DNA of 64,000 nucleotides, taken from contig CP070758.1 in NCBI GenBank assembly GCA_020348925.1, forward strand, positions 3,549,688-3,613,687, written 5' to 3'. Below the pieces are notes generated by a model that did no database searches, had not been told where the DNA came from, and was given only the letters and a program-made list of their open reading frames with translations. Numbering within the stretch: the first letter of the stretch is position 1; each line of letters starts with the position of its first letter. Of this stretch, positions 1 through 10,336 are shown piece after piece. The stretch comes from Gemmatimonadota bacterium. GTDB taxonomy: Bacteria > JBHIER01 > G020348925. The translations under genes were made by a program, and so were the position numbers.

Positions 1-584
1 TGCTCATCAGCACGGTCGGATATGCCTTTTATAACGATCCAGGGGATATTGTGCAATTGACAGATCCTGGCCACTCCTGCTCCTTCCTGCTCCACACACT
101 CTCCTTGAAAGCGTTTCCACAATGCTTCCCTTTCATGTACTTCTTTTACAACACGATCCCCACTGAGAACGTCGCCAGCGACAGTTTTTCGCTTTTGCAT
201 TGTTTCATTTGAAACCTGAAGGGCATAATGAAACAAATTTGCATCTGCGTAATACACTTTATCTTTCAAATTGTTATCATCGATGGTATCGTATTCGATG
301 ACTCGCCTTGAAATAACAACATCACCTATCTTGCGTTCCGGGGATATCGCGCCTGCAACACCACAGTTCACAATAATGCCGGGGTGAAACCGTTCGATCA
401 AGAGCCTCGCTCCTTCAGCCCCCTGCACTTTTCCTGAACCCGTTTTCGCTACCATAACATCCTCATCACCGTATCGAAGGAGGAAGAAAACATACGTCTT
501 GATTGACTCTCTTCTGATCTCTTCAAGTTTCGAGCGCAGTGGTTTCGTCTCTTTTCCGAAGGCAGAAACGATTCCGATCCTCAT
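1..584 (-). CDS. mtnN: MTA/SAH nucleosidase (PNP/UDP phosphorylase family), runs off the window start
   Basis: Translated by hand from ATG at 584: MRIGIVSAFGKE...KTGSGKV...IIVNCGVAGAISPERKIGDVVIS...LSGDRVV...CVEQEGAGVARIC...PWIVIKGISDRAD. These are typical MtnN motifs. Not in the ORF track because it is open-ended. Confidence 0.8.
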   Translation of the reverse strand, partial: MRIGIVSAFGKETKPLRSKLEEIRRESIKTYVFFLLRYGDEDVMVAKTGSGKVQGAEGARLLIERFHPGIIVNCGVAGAISPERKIGDVVISRRVIEYDTIDDNNLKDKVYYADANLFHYALQVSNETMQKRKTVAGDVLSGDRVVKEVHEREALWKRFQGECVEQEGAGVARICQLHNIPWIVIKGISDRADE

Positions 585-632
585 GAGTGTTCCTCGTTTT
601 TTCAAATCCTCTGTTTTATTTTGAGGATATGG

Positions 633-662
633 AAAAGCCCCGCAGTGATTTCCGCAGGGCTT
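633..662 (-). terminator. Rho-independent terminator
   Basis: Minus strand GCCCTGCGG-AAATCA-CTGCGGGGC followed by TTTT. Confidence 0.7.
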
Positions 663-690
663 ACTATGTTAGGTCACTTTCTCTAGAGTT

Positions 691-819
691 CTATCTTTTT
701 TTAAAGACAATGGCAAAGAGCAGGAATATGATAGTTACAATCCATAGTGGGTGGATGAGGAATCCTAAAGCAAATGTGGTGACGGCAAAAAAAACACAGA
801 TAATCGTTAGACAACCCAA
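691..819 (-). CDS. Putative 42-aa two-TM membrane protein, or read-through tail of the 844..1992 gene
   Basis: In frame after the TAG at 844-846: (HQDKAHSV)LGCLTIICVFFAVTTFALGFLIHPLWIVTIIFLLFAIVFKKR*. TTG at 819; lies before the terminator. Confidence 0.4.
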   Translation of the reverse strand: MGCLTIICVFFAVTTFALGFLIHPLWIVTIIFLLFAIVFKKR

Positions 820-843
820 AACAGAATGTGCCTTGTCTTGATG

Positions 844-1992
844 CTACATGTATTTCCCTAAGATTTTCGCTACATTGAGATCGAACTCTCCGATGATCTG
901 AGTCTCTTTTCGACTCCTGTTGGGATCATTTTCATTGATCCATTGGTAGAATCGCATATGACCCATGAGTGTCGCTTCTTGCGCAATGGGCAGAAAGAGC
1001 TTCTGCAGCTCGTTCTGGGTTATAATTTTTATTTTTCCACTCTTGACAGGCAAAAAGAAATCATTTTCCTCGATGACGATACGCCCGGTGAGCTGAGCAT
1101 CCTTTTTCTCTTGACCCTCTTCGAAGTAGTTTCTGAAACGATCGACCTTGTTGTATTCCAGCGTCATCGGATCGACGATATTTGCTGCGTAATCTTCAAC
1201 GCCCGCAGAATCCGGATTGAGGAAGGTCACAGGCTCCTCGCCACTGCCAACAAACTGCTTTTCATCAGGGTACCAGATACCTCCGGTATTTGTAATATTT
1301 CCAACAATTAAGATCGTATCGGGTGCAGAGGCGACAAGGGTGTACTTTTTCGTTTCAGTAATGATGGAATCGAGGGGGAAACTGAGAAAAAATTTGTTCG
1401 TTGCGGGGTGGAGCCAGGCGTCAAAACCAGAAATGCTCGAATATTCCTGATACCATTCACCTTTGAGCTGGTCAATTGTGACAGGTACGTAGGTATCCAT
1501 ATTCCGTTGGTGAGTGGCCAGACCTGCATAGCCGACACCTACAATCAAGGCCAACAGGACTGGGATAATGTATTCCCATAGCCACAAGCCTTTATCTCTC
1601 TTTTTCTTATCACCAATCAGCACGGTTGTTGCGGCTGCCACTTTACCGTAATCGGTTTCTTCGACCTCCTCGTGAAATTCCAGCGGAAACGCAAGGGCTC
1701 GGACAATGCCGTAGCCGGCGATTTTTTTGCCAACTCCGGCGTCAGTAATGAGCGTATCCAGTGCGGAATTCTCCGCATCATTTTCAGTATCCAAAGAGAA
1801 TGTGGCTTTGAGTTGAGCGTCGTCGAGTTTATATGTGATGCCCAAGCCATCAAGGTACTCCTTGGCGGCGTCTTCGCACCCTGCGACATCCAGTGTGAGT
1901 TTGTGGTTTGTCTTGTCAGTCTTGCGCTCAATCAGGGTGGGTACTTTCCGGTCATTTACATCCATTTTGACCCTCCCGACTTTGTTGGTCAC
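844..1992 (-). CDS. Hypothetical membrane-anchored protein
   Basis: 382-aa ORF with one TM segment (YIIPVLLALIVGVGYAGL); no family recognised. Confidence 0.7.
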   Translation of the reverse strand: MTNKVGRVKMDVNDRKVPTLIERKTDKTNHKLTLDVAGCEDAAKEYLDGLGITYKLDDAQLKATFSLDTENDAENSALDTLITDAGVGKKIAGYGIVRALAFPLEFHEEVEETDYGKVAAATTVLIGDKKKRDKGLWLWEYIIPVLLALIVGVGYAGLATHQRNMDTYVPVTIDQLKGEWYQEYSSISGFDAWLHPATNKFFLSFPLDSIITETKKYTLVASAPDTILIVGNITNTGGIWYPDEKQFVGSGEEPVTFLNPDSAGVEDYAANIVDPMTLEYNKVDRFRNYFEEGQEKKDAQLTGRIVIEENDFFLPVKSGKIKIITQNELQKLFLPIAQEATLMGHMRFYQWINENDPNRSRKETQIIGEFDLNVAKILGKYM

Positions 1993-2277
1993 GTGGAATA
2001 GTTACACTTTCATACATTCGAATATAGCGCTTTTTCGCGGTCTTCAAAATACTTAAATTTAAGTGAACTGTCAAGTTAAATTTCGCTCCAGGAACTGTTT
2101 TTAGCGATCTTTCCGGAGTCCGAGATCCCTGGGGATTTTACACCTGCTGTCAATTTCTCGGGATACATGCAAGGCGTCCAGGAAATAGTGCTGAAACTTG
2201 AAACAGAGGATAGAATGAATGAAGTATTATGTTTGTATTCAATAGTGTAAGTCATTATATTTCATAAGGAAAAGTAA

Positions 2278-3102
2278 TTGCTGGTGCTTTTCATCGTATT
2301 CGGGAGGATAAGAGCCTTGCGCTATACAGAGCGTGTGAAATTTCACCACATGATATCCATTTCAGTACTCATTTCCTTTGTGGGATGTTCCGGAAGGGGG
2401 GATTTTCAGAGCGGAATTCTCACATCCTTGACATTACCTGAGAACTCGCGCCAGATCCTTTTCGTGACCGTATCCTCCTGGAATGATGTTCAAGGAACAC
2501 TGCGGCTCTTTGGCAGAACTGAATCCGGCTGGAAGGCAGAATGCGATGACATACCTGTCGTTCTCGGAAGAAACGGTCTTGGTTGGGGGAGAGGTCTTCA
2601 TGCTCTTAATCTGGCCGGCCCCCAGAAAATGGAGGGAGACGGAAGAGCACCGGCGGGTGTGTTCGACCTGGGAACATCCTTCGGCTATGATCTGCAAAGG
2701 CCGGATGGAAGCTCCTACCCTTACCGGCAGGCAGCCGAACACGACTATTTCATCGACGATGTCGACTCACCCACCTATAATCAATGGCAATCCCTGGACG
2801 ATTCAGCGGATACAGATCCGTATTACTACTGGACGTCCTTCGAGAGAATGAGGCGCGATGATGACCTCTACGAACTGGGGATTGTGGTGAAGCACAATAT
2901 GGATCCGGTTGAAAAGGGAAGGGGGAGTGCCATTTTTTTCCACGTCTGGCGAGGCCCGGATCAACCGACAGCGGGTTGCACCGCCATGTCGAAGGAGCAT
3001 CTCCTGACACTGCTCCGTTGGCTTGATCCGTCAAAGTATCCCCTTCTTGTGCAGGTTCCTGAAAACGTGCTGAAAAAAGGTCTCCTCAGGATTGATCATT
3101 GA
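2278..3102 (+). CDS. L,D-transpeptidase (YkuD family), probable lipoprotein; true start may be the ATG at 2350
   Basis: K.EGDGRAPAG motif, GSAIFFHVW and PTAGC catalytic His/Cys, lipobox-like FVGC. Confidence 0.85.
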   Translation: MLVLFIVFGRIRALRYTERVKFHHMISISVLISFVGCSGRGDFQSGILTSLTLPENSRQILFVTVSSWNDVQGTLRLFGRTESGWKAECDDIPVVLGRNGLGWGRGLHALNLAGPQKMEGDGRAPAGVFDLGTSFGYDLQRPDGSSYPYRQAAEHDYFIDDVDSPTYNQWQSLDDSADTDPYYYWTSFERMRRDDDLYELGIVVKHNMDPVEKGRGSAIFFHVWRGPDQPTAGCTAMSKEHLLTLLRWLDPSKYPLLVQVPENVLKKGLLRIDH

Positions 3103-3715
3103 GTGTTTCATCGAAGAATTCCCCGTGATTCTGCTTCGTGGGTTGGCCATAATTATTATGAAAAAGTTCTTTCTTTCGACCAGTGAAACTATGGGGCGAT
3201 TTCGAAAATAAGCGAAAGTTGAGTTGAAAGCCCTAAATCATTGTAATGTTGTGAAAGCAACCCATTTGACTGACATTCGGATTGATTTTACGATTAATCC
3301 AGGATGGACTTTCTTATTGCTCTTTCTATCCTTCAACAACTCTCGGAGGCAACCTCTTTTGCCCCACAGGACCACAGGAATGATCGCCGAGTTACAGCGA
3401 TTCCAATGGTTTTGGACGATCCGCACCATAAAAATGCCTGTCCAAACTGCAACGTTACAAACGATTATAATGACCGCTCGGCAAGCCAACAGTTGCTCCA
3501 AAAATCGATGGGATTAAGTTTGGTGGGATTGCAGGAATAAATGTCGTTTATGCATCGTGAAACGTGAAGGAGAGGCTCAGTTATAACCTCACGTTCAAAA
3601 AGTTGTTTGCAAGATATGAGTGACAAAAAGCTCTGAGATCTTTCCCCTACATCCACGACCAGGAGAATTTTGCAAAAAAAACGAATCCCATCAAGTCGCC
3701 AGTTGCATATTTATA

Positions 3716-3743
3716 TTGACATTTCATGTATTTCTGATATATT
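3716..3743 (+). promoter_or_regulatory. sigma70-type promoter of the RiPP cluster
   Basis: TTGACA-N16-TATATT with extended -10 TG. Confidence 0.65.
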
Positions 3744-3905
3744 GATAAAAAGTTACATTCGGAAATCCAGGCCAACCAGAGGAGACCCATCCGATACAGT
3801 TTAAATTCCCCTGGTTGGAAATCGGAATTATTAAATTCTTCTGCAACAATGTATTTGTATTCTGGGATCTGTTATTTGGAATTTCACGGAAAGGAGGTGA
3901 TAACC

Positions 3906-4106
3906 ATGAGTGAAGTGATGGATTGGGGTGAGTGTAGTATTGATAGTATCTATGCTTCTAAGTGCGACTCAAACGCTTGCAAGAGTGGCTGCCGCTGCGC
4001 CTGTAGTTGCCCGCCAGGTGTGAATTCTGCAAGAAACAGTGATGCTACTAGTGCCAGCAATACCGTCTCTGTTTATGCAACTTATAAAGAAACCGAAACG
4101 CACTAG
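3906..4106 (+). CDS. Cys-rich RiPP precursor peptide (66 aa), resembling CLI_3235-type precursors
   Basis: SD AAGGAGGTGA at 3891-3900. Sequence MSEVMDWGECSIDSIYASKCDSNACKSGCRCACSCPPGVNSARNSDATSASNTVSVYATYKETETH, directly upstream of a radical SAM/SPASM gene. Confidence 0.85.
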   Translation: MSEVMDWGECSIDSIYASKCDSNACKSGCRCACSCPPGVNSARNSDATSASNTVSVYATYKETETH

Positions 4107-4220
4107 AGAACCCGAGGCACTCATCTTTGAAGTTCTCAGGAACCCGGAAGAATATGAGCGGTACAAGAGGAGTATAGCGGCTAGAATTTCTTGCACTCAC
4201 CCGTTGTTTCAGGTTGCACT

Positions 4221-4252
4221 CGTGAGTCGTCTCAGTTCTGAGGCGGCTCACG
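4221..4252 (+). promoter_or_regulatory. Strong stem-loop between precursor and maturase genes (mRNA stabiliser or partial terminator)
   Basis: CGTGAGTCGTCTCAG-TT-CTGAGGCGGCTCACG; fully paired when G-U is allowed. Confidence 0.6.
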
Positions 4253-4353
4253 CGCCCCTTTTCGGAAAGGGTAAAGAGGAGGAACAAATAACTATTTGCT
4301 CTTTTGTCATCGCCCATTGATTAGTGGGAAGGTTAAGAAGGGGGGAATATATA

Positions 4354-5838
4354 ATGAAACAGAGTCCTTTTGTTCATAAATTCAAGACCGCAAAAAATCA
4401 TTATATTTATGATGTCAATACGAATAACATAATAAAAACCAGTCAAATAATTAACGACATAATAGACGACTATGGTACGCTCTCCCCTTCGGCGATTATT
4501 CGCAAATGGACGAAGAAATACGAGGCAAAATCGATCAGAGAATCTTTAAATTACATTCAGAATTCTTATAAATCTCAGGGCATATTTTCTTCTGATCGGC
4601 CAATCACGATGGAATACCCGATGTGTGAAAAACATTTTTGCGAGTCTTTGCAAAGTAAGTTAAGCGATCTTATATTGAACGTTACGGAGAGATGTAATTT
4701 GAGATGTAAATATTGTACCTATTCGGGAAGTTACTATTACTCGAGAAAACATTCGATGAGAAATATGTCCTGGGAGGTTGCAAAAAAAGCGATAGACTAT
4801 TTCCACTCGCATAGTCAGGCTTCAGAGAAGGTGTATGTATCTTTTTATGGAGGAGAACCTTTGCTCAATTTCGATCTTATTAAAAGAAGCGTAGAATATA
4901 TTAAAAAATCCACCAAATGGCCTCCCATTATCTTTCACATTACTACCAACGGAACATCACATAATGAAGAAGTAATGAAATTTCTAATAGATAACGATGT
5001 ATTACTCCAAGTGAGCATCGATGGACCATCAGAGGTGCATGATAGATATAGAGTTTTCAAAAATGGTAGGAGGTCTTTTAACGCAGTTAGTAAAAATCTG
5101 CAAAAACTGAAAGAAATGGACAAAGACTACTTCAAAGACAGAGTTTCTTTTACGGTCACACTTTCTCCACCATATAAATTATTAGAAGTCTATCGGTTTT
5201 TCTCTACTAATGAGTTGGTTGCCCTAAATACCCTGAGTGTCAATTTTGTAAACTCCTTCGATACAAATTTCTTCAATATTTTTTCGGATCAGGAAAACAA
5301 ATCTCAACTGAAGGCGCATCTTAAGATTTTAAGAGAACGGTATGTTGATTTGAGGGCTAATTCCACCACGACATCTTTCAATGAATTTTTAGGCGAGCTT
5401 TTTGAACGATCTCTAATAACAATTCACCGGAGGGACCGGAAGCCGATGGGAAAAAGTTGTGGACCTAATGGTATCTGTGTTCCTGGAACAAGAAGGTTGT
5501 TTGTGAATGTTGAGGGTAAACTCTACCCATGTGAAAGGGAGGGAGAAACGTTTTGCATTGGCAATGTGGGAACCGGTGTAGAACGTCGGAAAGTATGGTC
5601 TCTGATTAAAAGATATATCGATGAAAGTACTGTAGACTGCACAAACTGCTGGGCTGTCAGACTCTGTTCATTATGTTTAGCTGAAGCAACGAAAAACCAC
5701 CATTTTGATTATGCAAGGAAGAGAGAAAACTGCCCTCATGAAAGTTTGAAGTTTCAAAGAGGTTTAATTCTCTATGCAGAGATCATGGAACGGAATCCGA
5801 AAGCCTTTGATTTTGTAAAAGATATGACTATCGAGTAG
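4354..5838 (+). CDS. Radical SAM/SPASM peptide maturase, CcpM-like (Cys-rich peptide system)
   Basis: N-terminus PFVHKFKT..HYIYDVNTN, CNLRCKYC, FYGGEPLL, SIDGP..HD.YR, SPASM Cys cluster (GICVPG..LFVNVEGKLYPCE...CTNCWAVRLCSLC...C). Confidence 0.9.
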   Translation: MKQSPFVHKFKTAKNHYIYDVNTNNIIKTSQIINDIIDDYGTLSPSAIIRKWTKKYEAKSIRESLNYIQNSYKSQGIFSSDRPITMEYPMCEKHFCESLQSKLSDLILNVTERCNLRCKYCTYSGSYYYSRKHSMRNMSWEVAKKAIDYFHSHSQASEKVYVSFYGGEPLLNFDLIKRSVEYIKKSTKWPPIIFHITTNGTSHNEEVMKFLIDNDVLLQVSIDGPSEVHDRYRVFKNGRRSFNAVSKNLQKLKEMDKDYFKDRVSFTVTLSPPYKLLEVYRFFSTNELVALNTLSVNFVNSFDTNFFNIFSDQENKSQLKAHLKILRERYVDLRANSTTTSFNEFLGELFERSLITIHRRDRKPMGKSCGPNGICVPGTRRLFVNVEGKLYPCEREGETFCIGNVGTGVERRKVWSLIKRYIDESTVDCTNCWAVRLCSLCLAEATKNHHFDYARKRENCPHESLKFQRGLILYAEIMERNPKAFDFVKDMTIE

Positions 5839-5920
5839 GAGTTGGGAGAATTTTTTAGAAAAAAGTGTTTTACCCCCTTGTAATTCCCCAATAAATTCAT
5901 AAATATAGACAGAGAATTTT

Positions 5921-7792
5921 ATGGTTGATTTGTCCGATCTTTTCAAGATACCAATACAACAGACAAACGCCAAGTTCTCGCTTCTATTCCGTGCACTCGC
6001 CTTTACCTGGCAAACGGGTAAGTTTTTCACTATCCTGATATTAATAGTCAACATTATATCCGCCCTTTTTCCTGCGGCAAATTTATTTATTGTAAAAAAT
6101 GTGATTGACAGTATCGTCAATCTTCTGAATACTCAAAGGAGTGGTGGCTTAAAGGATTTATCCCTATGGATCGCATTATTGATTGGCATATGGGTTATTC
6201 AACATATCATCAGTACCTTACAGACAAGTGCATCATCGTGGTTGGATCTTCGCGTCAAACAAAATGCTCAAATTTCCATTATGCGCAAATGTTCAGAATT
6301 TGATATCGCTTTTTTTGAAAATCCAACTAATTTGAATATGGTGCAAAATGCATATGTGGGTGCCACGGGCGATATATTTTATGTCATGATCCTTTTCTTC
6401 AGTGTCATTGAAACGATTGTTACTCTTATAAGTTTCATCGCCATACTTTTTGGATTACACTGGGTGAGTGTTATGATAATCATTGCAACGACTCTACCAC
6501 AAATTTTTTCCAATAGATATTTTGCCAAAAGAAGATGGGAAATTACTACGGGTCTCGTGGAACCTCGTCGTATGAGTAGTTATTATTCAAGTGTAGTAAC
6601 TCGGAGAGGAGTCGCCAAGGAGATTCGACTGTTTGGTCTCTTTAAACACTTTCTCGATCGGTTCATATCTTTCACGGGTCAATTTAGACAGATTGAAAAG
6701 ACCTTTCTTAAAAAACAGGCAGTGATAAACTTCCTGGTTAACCTTATTACTATTGCCGGTTCTTCACTTATCTGGCTTTATATCTTACACCGGGCGATTG
6801 GTGGAACAATCAGCATTGGTGATATTGTGTTTTATACTGGAGCAGTATCAAGCTTTCAAGGTGGTTTATCCACGGTGTTTTCTTATGCAGGACAGGTTTT
6901 TCAGCATGTGCTTTTTCTGGGAAACTTCTTTTCGTTCTTAGACCTTGACCCTTTCAAGGTCGAGGGCGCACTTAAAGGTCCAGCAAATGTGATTGGAAAT
7001 CGGAGTGGTCATGTGAAACCACCTGTAATACTCAGAAAGGGTATTGAGTTTAAAAATGTCTCATTCAAATATCCGCAGACCGATAAATTGGTATTGAACA
7101 ATATAAGCCTTTTTTTACCTCCTAAGGAATCAGTCGCTTTAGTCGGAGAAAATGGGGCTGGAAAAACTACCTTGATAAAACTTTTAGTTCGCCTCTATGA
7201 TCCTACTGAGGGTCAGATACTTATTGATGATAGAGATATAAGAGACTACGATTTGGAAAGTCTTCATCGAATATTCGCAGAGATTTTTCAAGATTATATC
7301 TGCTATCCTTTGACCGTGCGTGAAAATATTGGATATGGGAATATCGAAAGAATTGATGATATATCGTCCATACAAAGAGCTTCGCAACTTGCTGGAGTGC
7401 ATGAATTTATTGAACGCTTCCCAGATAAATATGAGACCTATCTCGGACGTCTCTTTCAAAAATCGAACATCGACCTCTCGGTTGGTCAATGGCAAAAAAT
7501 AGGTCTGGCTCGTGCATTAATGCGAGAAGATGCACCCGTGTTGATTTTGGACGAACCGACTGCAGCTTTGGATGTGTATGCCGAGTATGAAATGTATAGG
7601 CAATTTAGCGCAATGATGGCAAATCGTTTAACAATAATTATTTCCCATCGATTCTCTACTGTTCGTGCTGCCCATCACATTTTGGTTCTTCATGAAGGAT
7701 GTTTAGTAGAACAAGGTAGTCATGAGAAGTTGATGAATCAGGATACATTATACAAAGAAATGTACACTATTCAAGCCGATCGCTTTAAATAA
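5921..7792 (+). CDS. ABC exporter (permease + ATPase) without C39 peptidase domain
   Basis: Multiple TMs, GENGAGKTT, LSVGQWQK, LILDEPT, ISHR. Confidence 0.92.
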   Translation: MVDLSDLFKIPIQQTNAKFSLLFRALAFTWQTGKFFTILILIVNIISALFPAANLFIVKNVIDSIVNLLNTQRSGGLKDLSLWIALLIGIWVIQHIISTLQTSASSWLDLRVKQNAQISIMRKCSEFDIAFFENPTNLNMVQNAYVGATGDIFYVMILFFSVIETIVTLISFIAILFGLHWVSVMIIIATTLPQIFSNRYFAKRRWEITTGLVEPRRMSSYYSSVVTRRGVAKEIRLFGLFKHFLDRFISFTGQFRQIEKTFLKKQAVINFLVNLITIAGSSLIWLYILHRAIGGTISIGDIVFYTGAVSSFQGGLSTVFSYAGQVFQHVLFLGNFFSFLDLDPFKVEGALKGPANVIGNRSGHVKPPVILRKGIEFKNVSFKYPQTDKLVLNNISLFLPPKESVALVGENGAGKTTLIKLLVRLYDPTEGQILIDDRDIRDYDLESLHRIFAEIFQDYICYPLTVRENIGYGNIERIDDISSIQRASQLAGVHEFIERFPDKYETYLGRLFQKSNIDLSVGQWQKIGLARALMREDAPVLILDEPTAALDVYAEYEMYRQFSAMMANRLTIIISHRFSTVRAAHHILVLHEGCLVEQGSHEKLMNQDTLYKEMYTIQADRFK

Positions 7793-8301
7793 TAACGAAG
7801 ATATTTTCTCAAGAAAGGCTCTTCGGTCAAGATAAAGATCCACTCGCCGTTTTGGGTTCAGCTTCATAAAAGATATCGATTTGAATTTTTCTTATACTTC
7901 CATGCAATTCAGTTAATGTGAAATAAATAGAGTGCATTTCGGCTTATCATAGATTATGTTATGTTCAATTCAGTCATGCAGGGGGTTTCAAGGATTTTCA
8001 CCTGCGAGACAGAAATGAGCATACTTTGAGCACCTTTGAAGAGAGTTCTCTCATGAGGTAAAGGACTTGAAGACGACCATAAAATGCACGCAGTTCTTAA
8101 CCGAGAAGGCAAGAAAGCGAAGGGCAAGATCGCTATGAAGGTGGCCGGTGAATCCTCAATTGAGGACAGAGATGCAATCTGACAAGGCAATTTAACTCGG
8201 GCTACCATCGTCACTACACTCATCATGACGCGGGTTCAGGGCGACGTTCAATGCCTCCTGGGAATACGTTAACCTCTATTTCAAGCAAGGGAGCAGATGC
8301 C

Positions 8302-8835
8302 ATGGAAAGAATGGTCCAAACTTCGCCAAAGGTGGTTCTCTTGACCGTATGGATCGTATTCGCTGTATTTATCGTAACACTTCATTTGGGGTGCGCAAAC
8401 CGCTTCTCACGCGGTCATGATCATAAGAGACTCGTTCGGCTCTATTTCGAAGAGGGAATAAATCAGGGGAATGTGAATGTTGCGGATGAAATACTCGCAT
8501 CGAATTTCGTGAAATATAACAATGGCGCCAAGTCCGAGGAAGTCGGCCCGGATGTTCTCAAGCAAGCCATCACATCACATATCACCAACAATACTGAGTA
8601 CAAGTTTCACATCGAGGACCTCTTGGCTGAAGGAGACAAGGTGGCGGTACGTTGGCAATGGCGAAGTATAAACGTAAAATATGGTAAGCCCAAGGAGGTG
8701 ATAAGTCAGGGCATCTCGATTTTTTATTTTGAAGACGGGAAAATAGAGGAATTGTGGCAAGCGTTTGATGTCTGGAGCTTCAATAAGCAATTGGGATTTG
8801 AACATATACCGCCTGCATCCACGGAGGGCAACTAA
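8302..8835 (+). CDS. SnoaL-like/ester cyclase (NTF2 fold) protein, possible lipoprotein
   Basis: LVRLYFEEGINQGN.VADEILA, FHIEDLLAEGDKVAVRW, GKIEELW..FD; lipobox-like LGC. Confidence 0.8.
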   Translation: MERMVQTSPKVVLLTVWIVFAVFIVTLHLGCANRFSRGHDHKRLVRLYFEEGINQGNVNVADEILASNFVKYNNGAKSEEVGPDVLKQAITSHITNNTEYKFHIEDLLAEGDKVAVRWQWRSINVKYGKPKEVISQGISIFYFEDGKIEELWQAFDVWSFNKQLGFEHIPPASTEGN

Positions 8836-8968
8836 GATTGGACCACAGTGGGTATATGATATTCAATGAGAACGCGGTGCCGGTATCCCACTTATTGCAT
8901 TCGAGTGACGATTTAATATAGAAATGTGTCTATTCAGTCAAGCGATCCGAAATTTTGGAGGACACCCC

Positions 8969-10261
8969 ATGAATATAAACCGATTTAAACGTTTTTCTCT
9001 GGATCGACACGCTCTGTCGTGGGAGTACATCATCAGGCTACCATTGATTTTCTTTTTGATTGTCATTCTGCCGGTGTGCGTTTTTGGCACTGATCAGAAT
9101 TCAATTCTTGGGCCACCTCCTGGTAGTTATAGAATCCTGTCGGAGGACGGACAGGTGCAATTCCCCTTTGAGCTCTACCGCGAGGATATCCGTTTTGAGG
9201 GTGAAGTGAACGGTAAAAAAGTGCGCATGCTTCTGGATAACGGTATTCTCTGGGATCAGATCTTGTTCTTCGGAAGTCCGTATATTGATTCATTGGGCCT
9301 CACATATGACGGCGAAGTTGAAGTTGGTGGTGGTGGCGAAGGCAACCGTGTCAATTCCAATACGGCCTCCGGGGTGACCATCCGCTTTCCGGGTGTGGAA
9401 TTTACCGGCCAGACGGCCATCGTCACGCCGTTCAGCTCCGGTCTGAGCAATTTTTGGGAGGGTGCCGAGGGTCAGGTGAGTGGCACGTTCCTGAAGCATT
9501 TTGTGGTGGAACTCAATTTCGATACTATGATCGTAACCCTCACTGAACCCACGAAGTTCATATACACCGGGAAAGGCGCGGTGCTTCCAATGAAGTCTCT
9601 CCCCCAGGGTGCCTGGGCTATTCCTGCGAGGCTGGAATTGTCGGACGGTCGAACTCTTTCTCTGGATATCATGATGGATCTGGGTGACGGGAATCCGCTG
9701 TTTCTCGTGACGGATGAGGCCAACTCCATCGGGCTGCCTGACAAGACTATCCAAGCCAGCCTGGGTTTTGGCGTCCAGGGTGAGATGCACGGTCATTACG
9801 GCCGGGTCCGGAGCCTTGAAATTGGTGGGTACAAGGTGGATGATATAGTGGCGAGCTTTGTCTCCAGAGATTACGGCGGCATCGTTTTTCACGAGGCCAC
9901 TGTGGGGCTGCCGGTGCTGTCGCGTTTCAACTTCACGTATGATTATCCGTCACAGAGAATGTTTATCGAGCCGAATCACAGGTTTACAGATCCGTTTGAA
10001 CATGATATGACCGGTATGACGTTGAAACGGAATGAAGAGGGATATCTTGCCGTCTCCGCCCTGCACCCCGATTCTCCTGCCAGCGAAGCGGGGCTTCGGA
10101 TTGATGATGTTGTGACAAAAGTCAACGGTAGAACTACCGAACAATTGGATTACTGGGATCTGCGACCGATGTTTCGGCAGGAAGGTAAAATAGTCCTTCT
10201 GACGGTATCGCGTGATGGCGAAGAATTTGAACTGTCCGTTACGCTTCGGCGAGTTCTTTGA
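8969..10261 (+). CDS. Secreted two-lobe aspartyl protease (retropepsin-like) with C-terminal PDZ domain
   Basis: MLLDNG and IMMDLG Asp motifs, G..VLSRFN.TYDY, PDZ motif SPASEAGLRIDDVVTKVNG. Confidence 0.8.
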   Translation: MNINRFKRFSLDRHALSWEYIIRLPLIFFLIVILPVCVFGTDQNSILGPPPGSYRILSEDGQVQFPFELYREDIRFEGEVNGKKVRMLLDNGILWDQILFFGSPYIDSLGLTYDGEVEVGGGGEGNRVNSNTASGVTIRFPGVEFTGQTAIVTPFSSGLSNFWEGAEGQVSGTFLKHFVVELNFDTMIVTLTEPTKFIYTGKGAVLPMKSLPQGAWAIPARLELSDGRTLSLDIMMDLGDGNPLFLVTDEANSIGLPDKTIQASLGFGVQGEMHGHYGRVRSLEIGGYKVDDIVASFVSRDYGGIVFHEATVGLPVLSRFNFTYDYPSQRMFIEPNHRFTDPFEHDMTGMTLKRNEEGYLAVSALHPDSPASEAGLRIDDVVTKVNGRTTEQLDYWDLRPMFRQEGKIVLLTVSRDGEEFELSVTLRRVL

Positions 10262-10336
10262 ACTGCATTAGAAAAGCGATCATTTTCATTAAGGATTCCT
10301 CTGTCGCGTTGACACCACTGATTTCATGTTTAACAT

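Noticed and set aside
3224-3656. Short ORFs upstream of the RiPP promoter as additional precursors
   Set aside because: No SD, no similarity to the precursor, and mutually overlapping frames.
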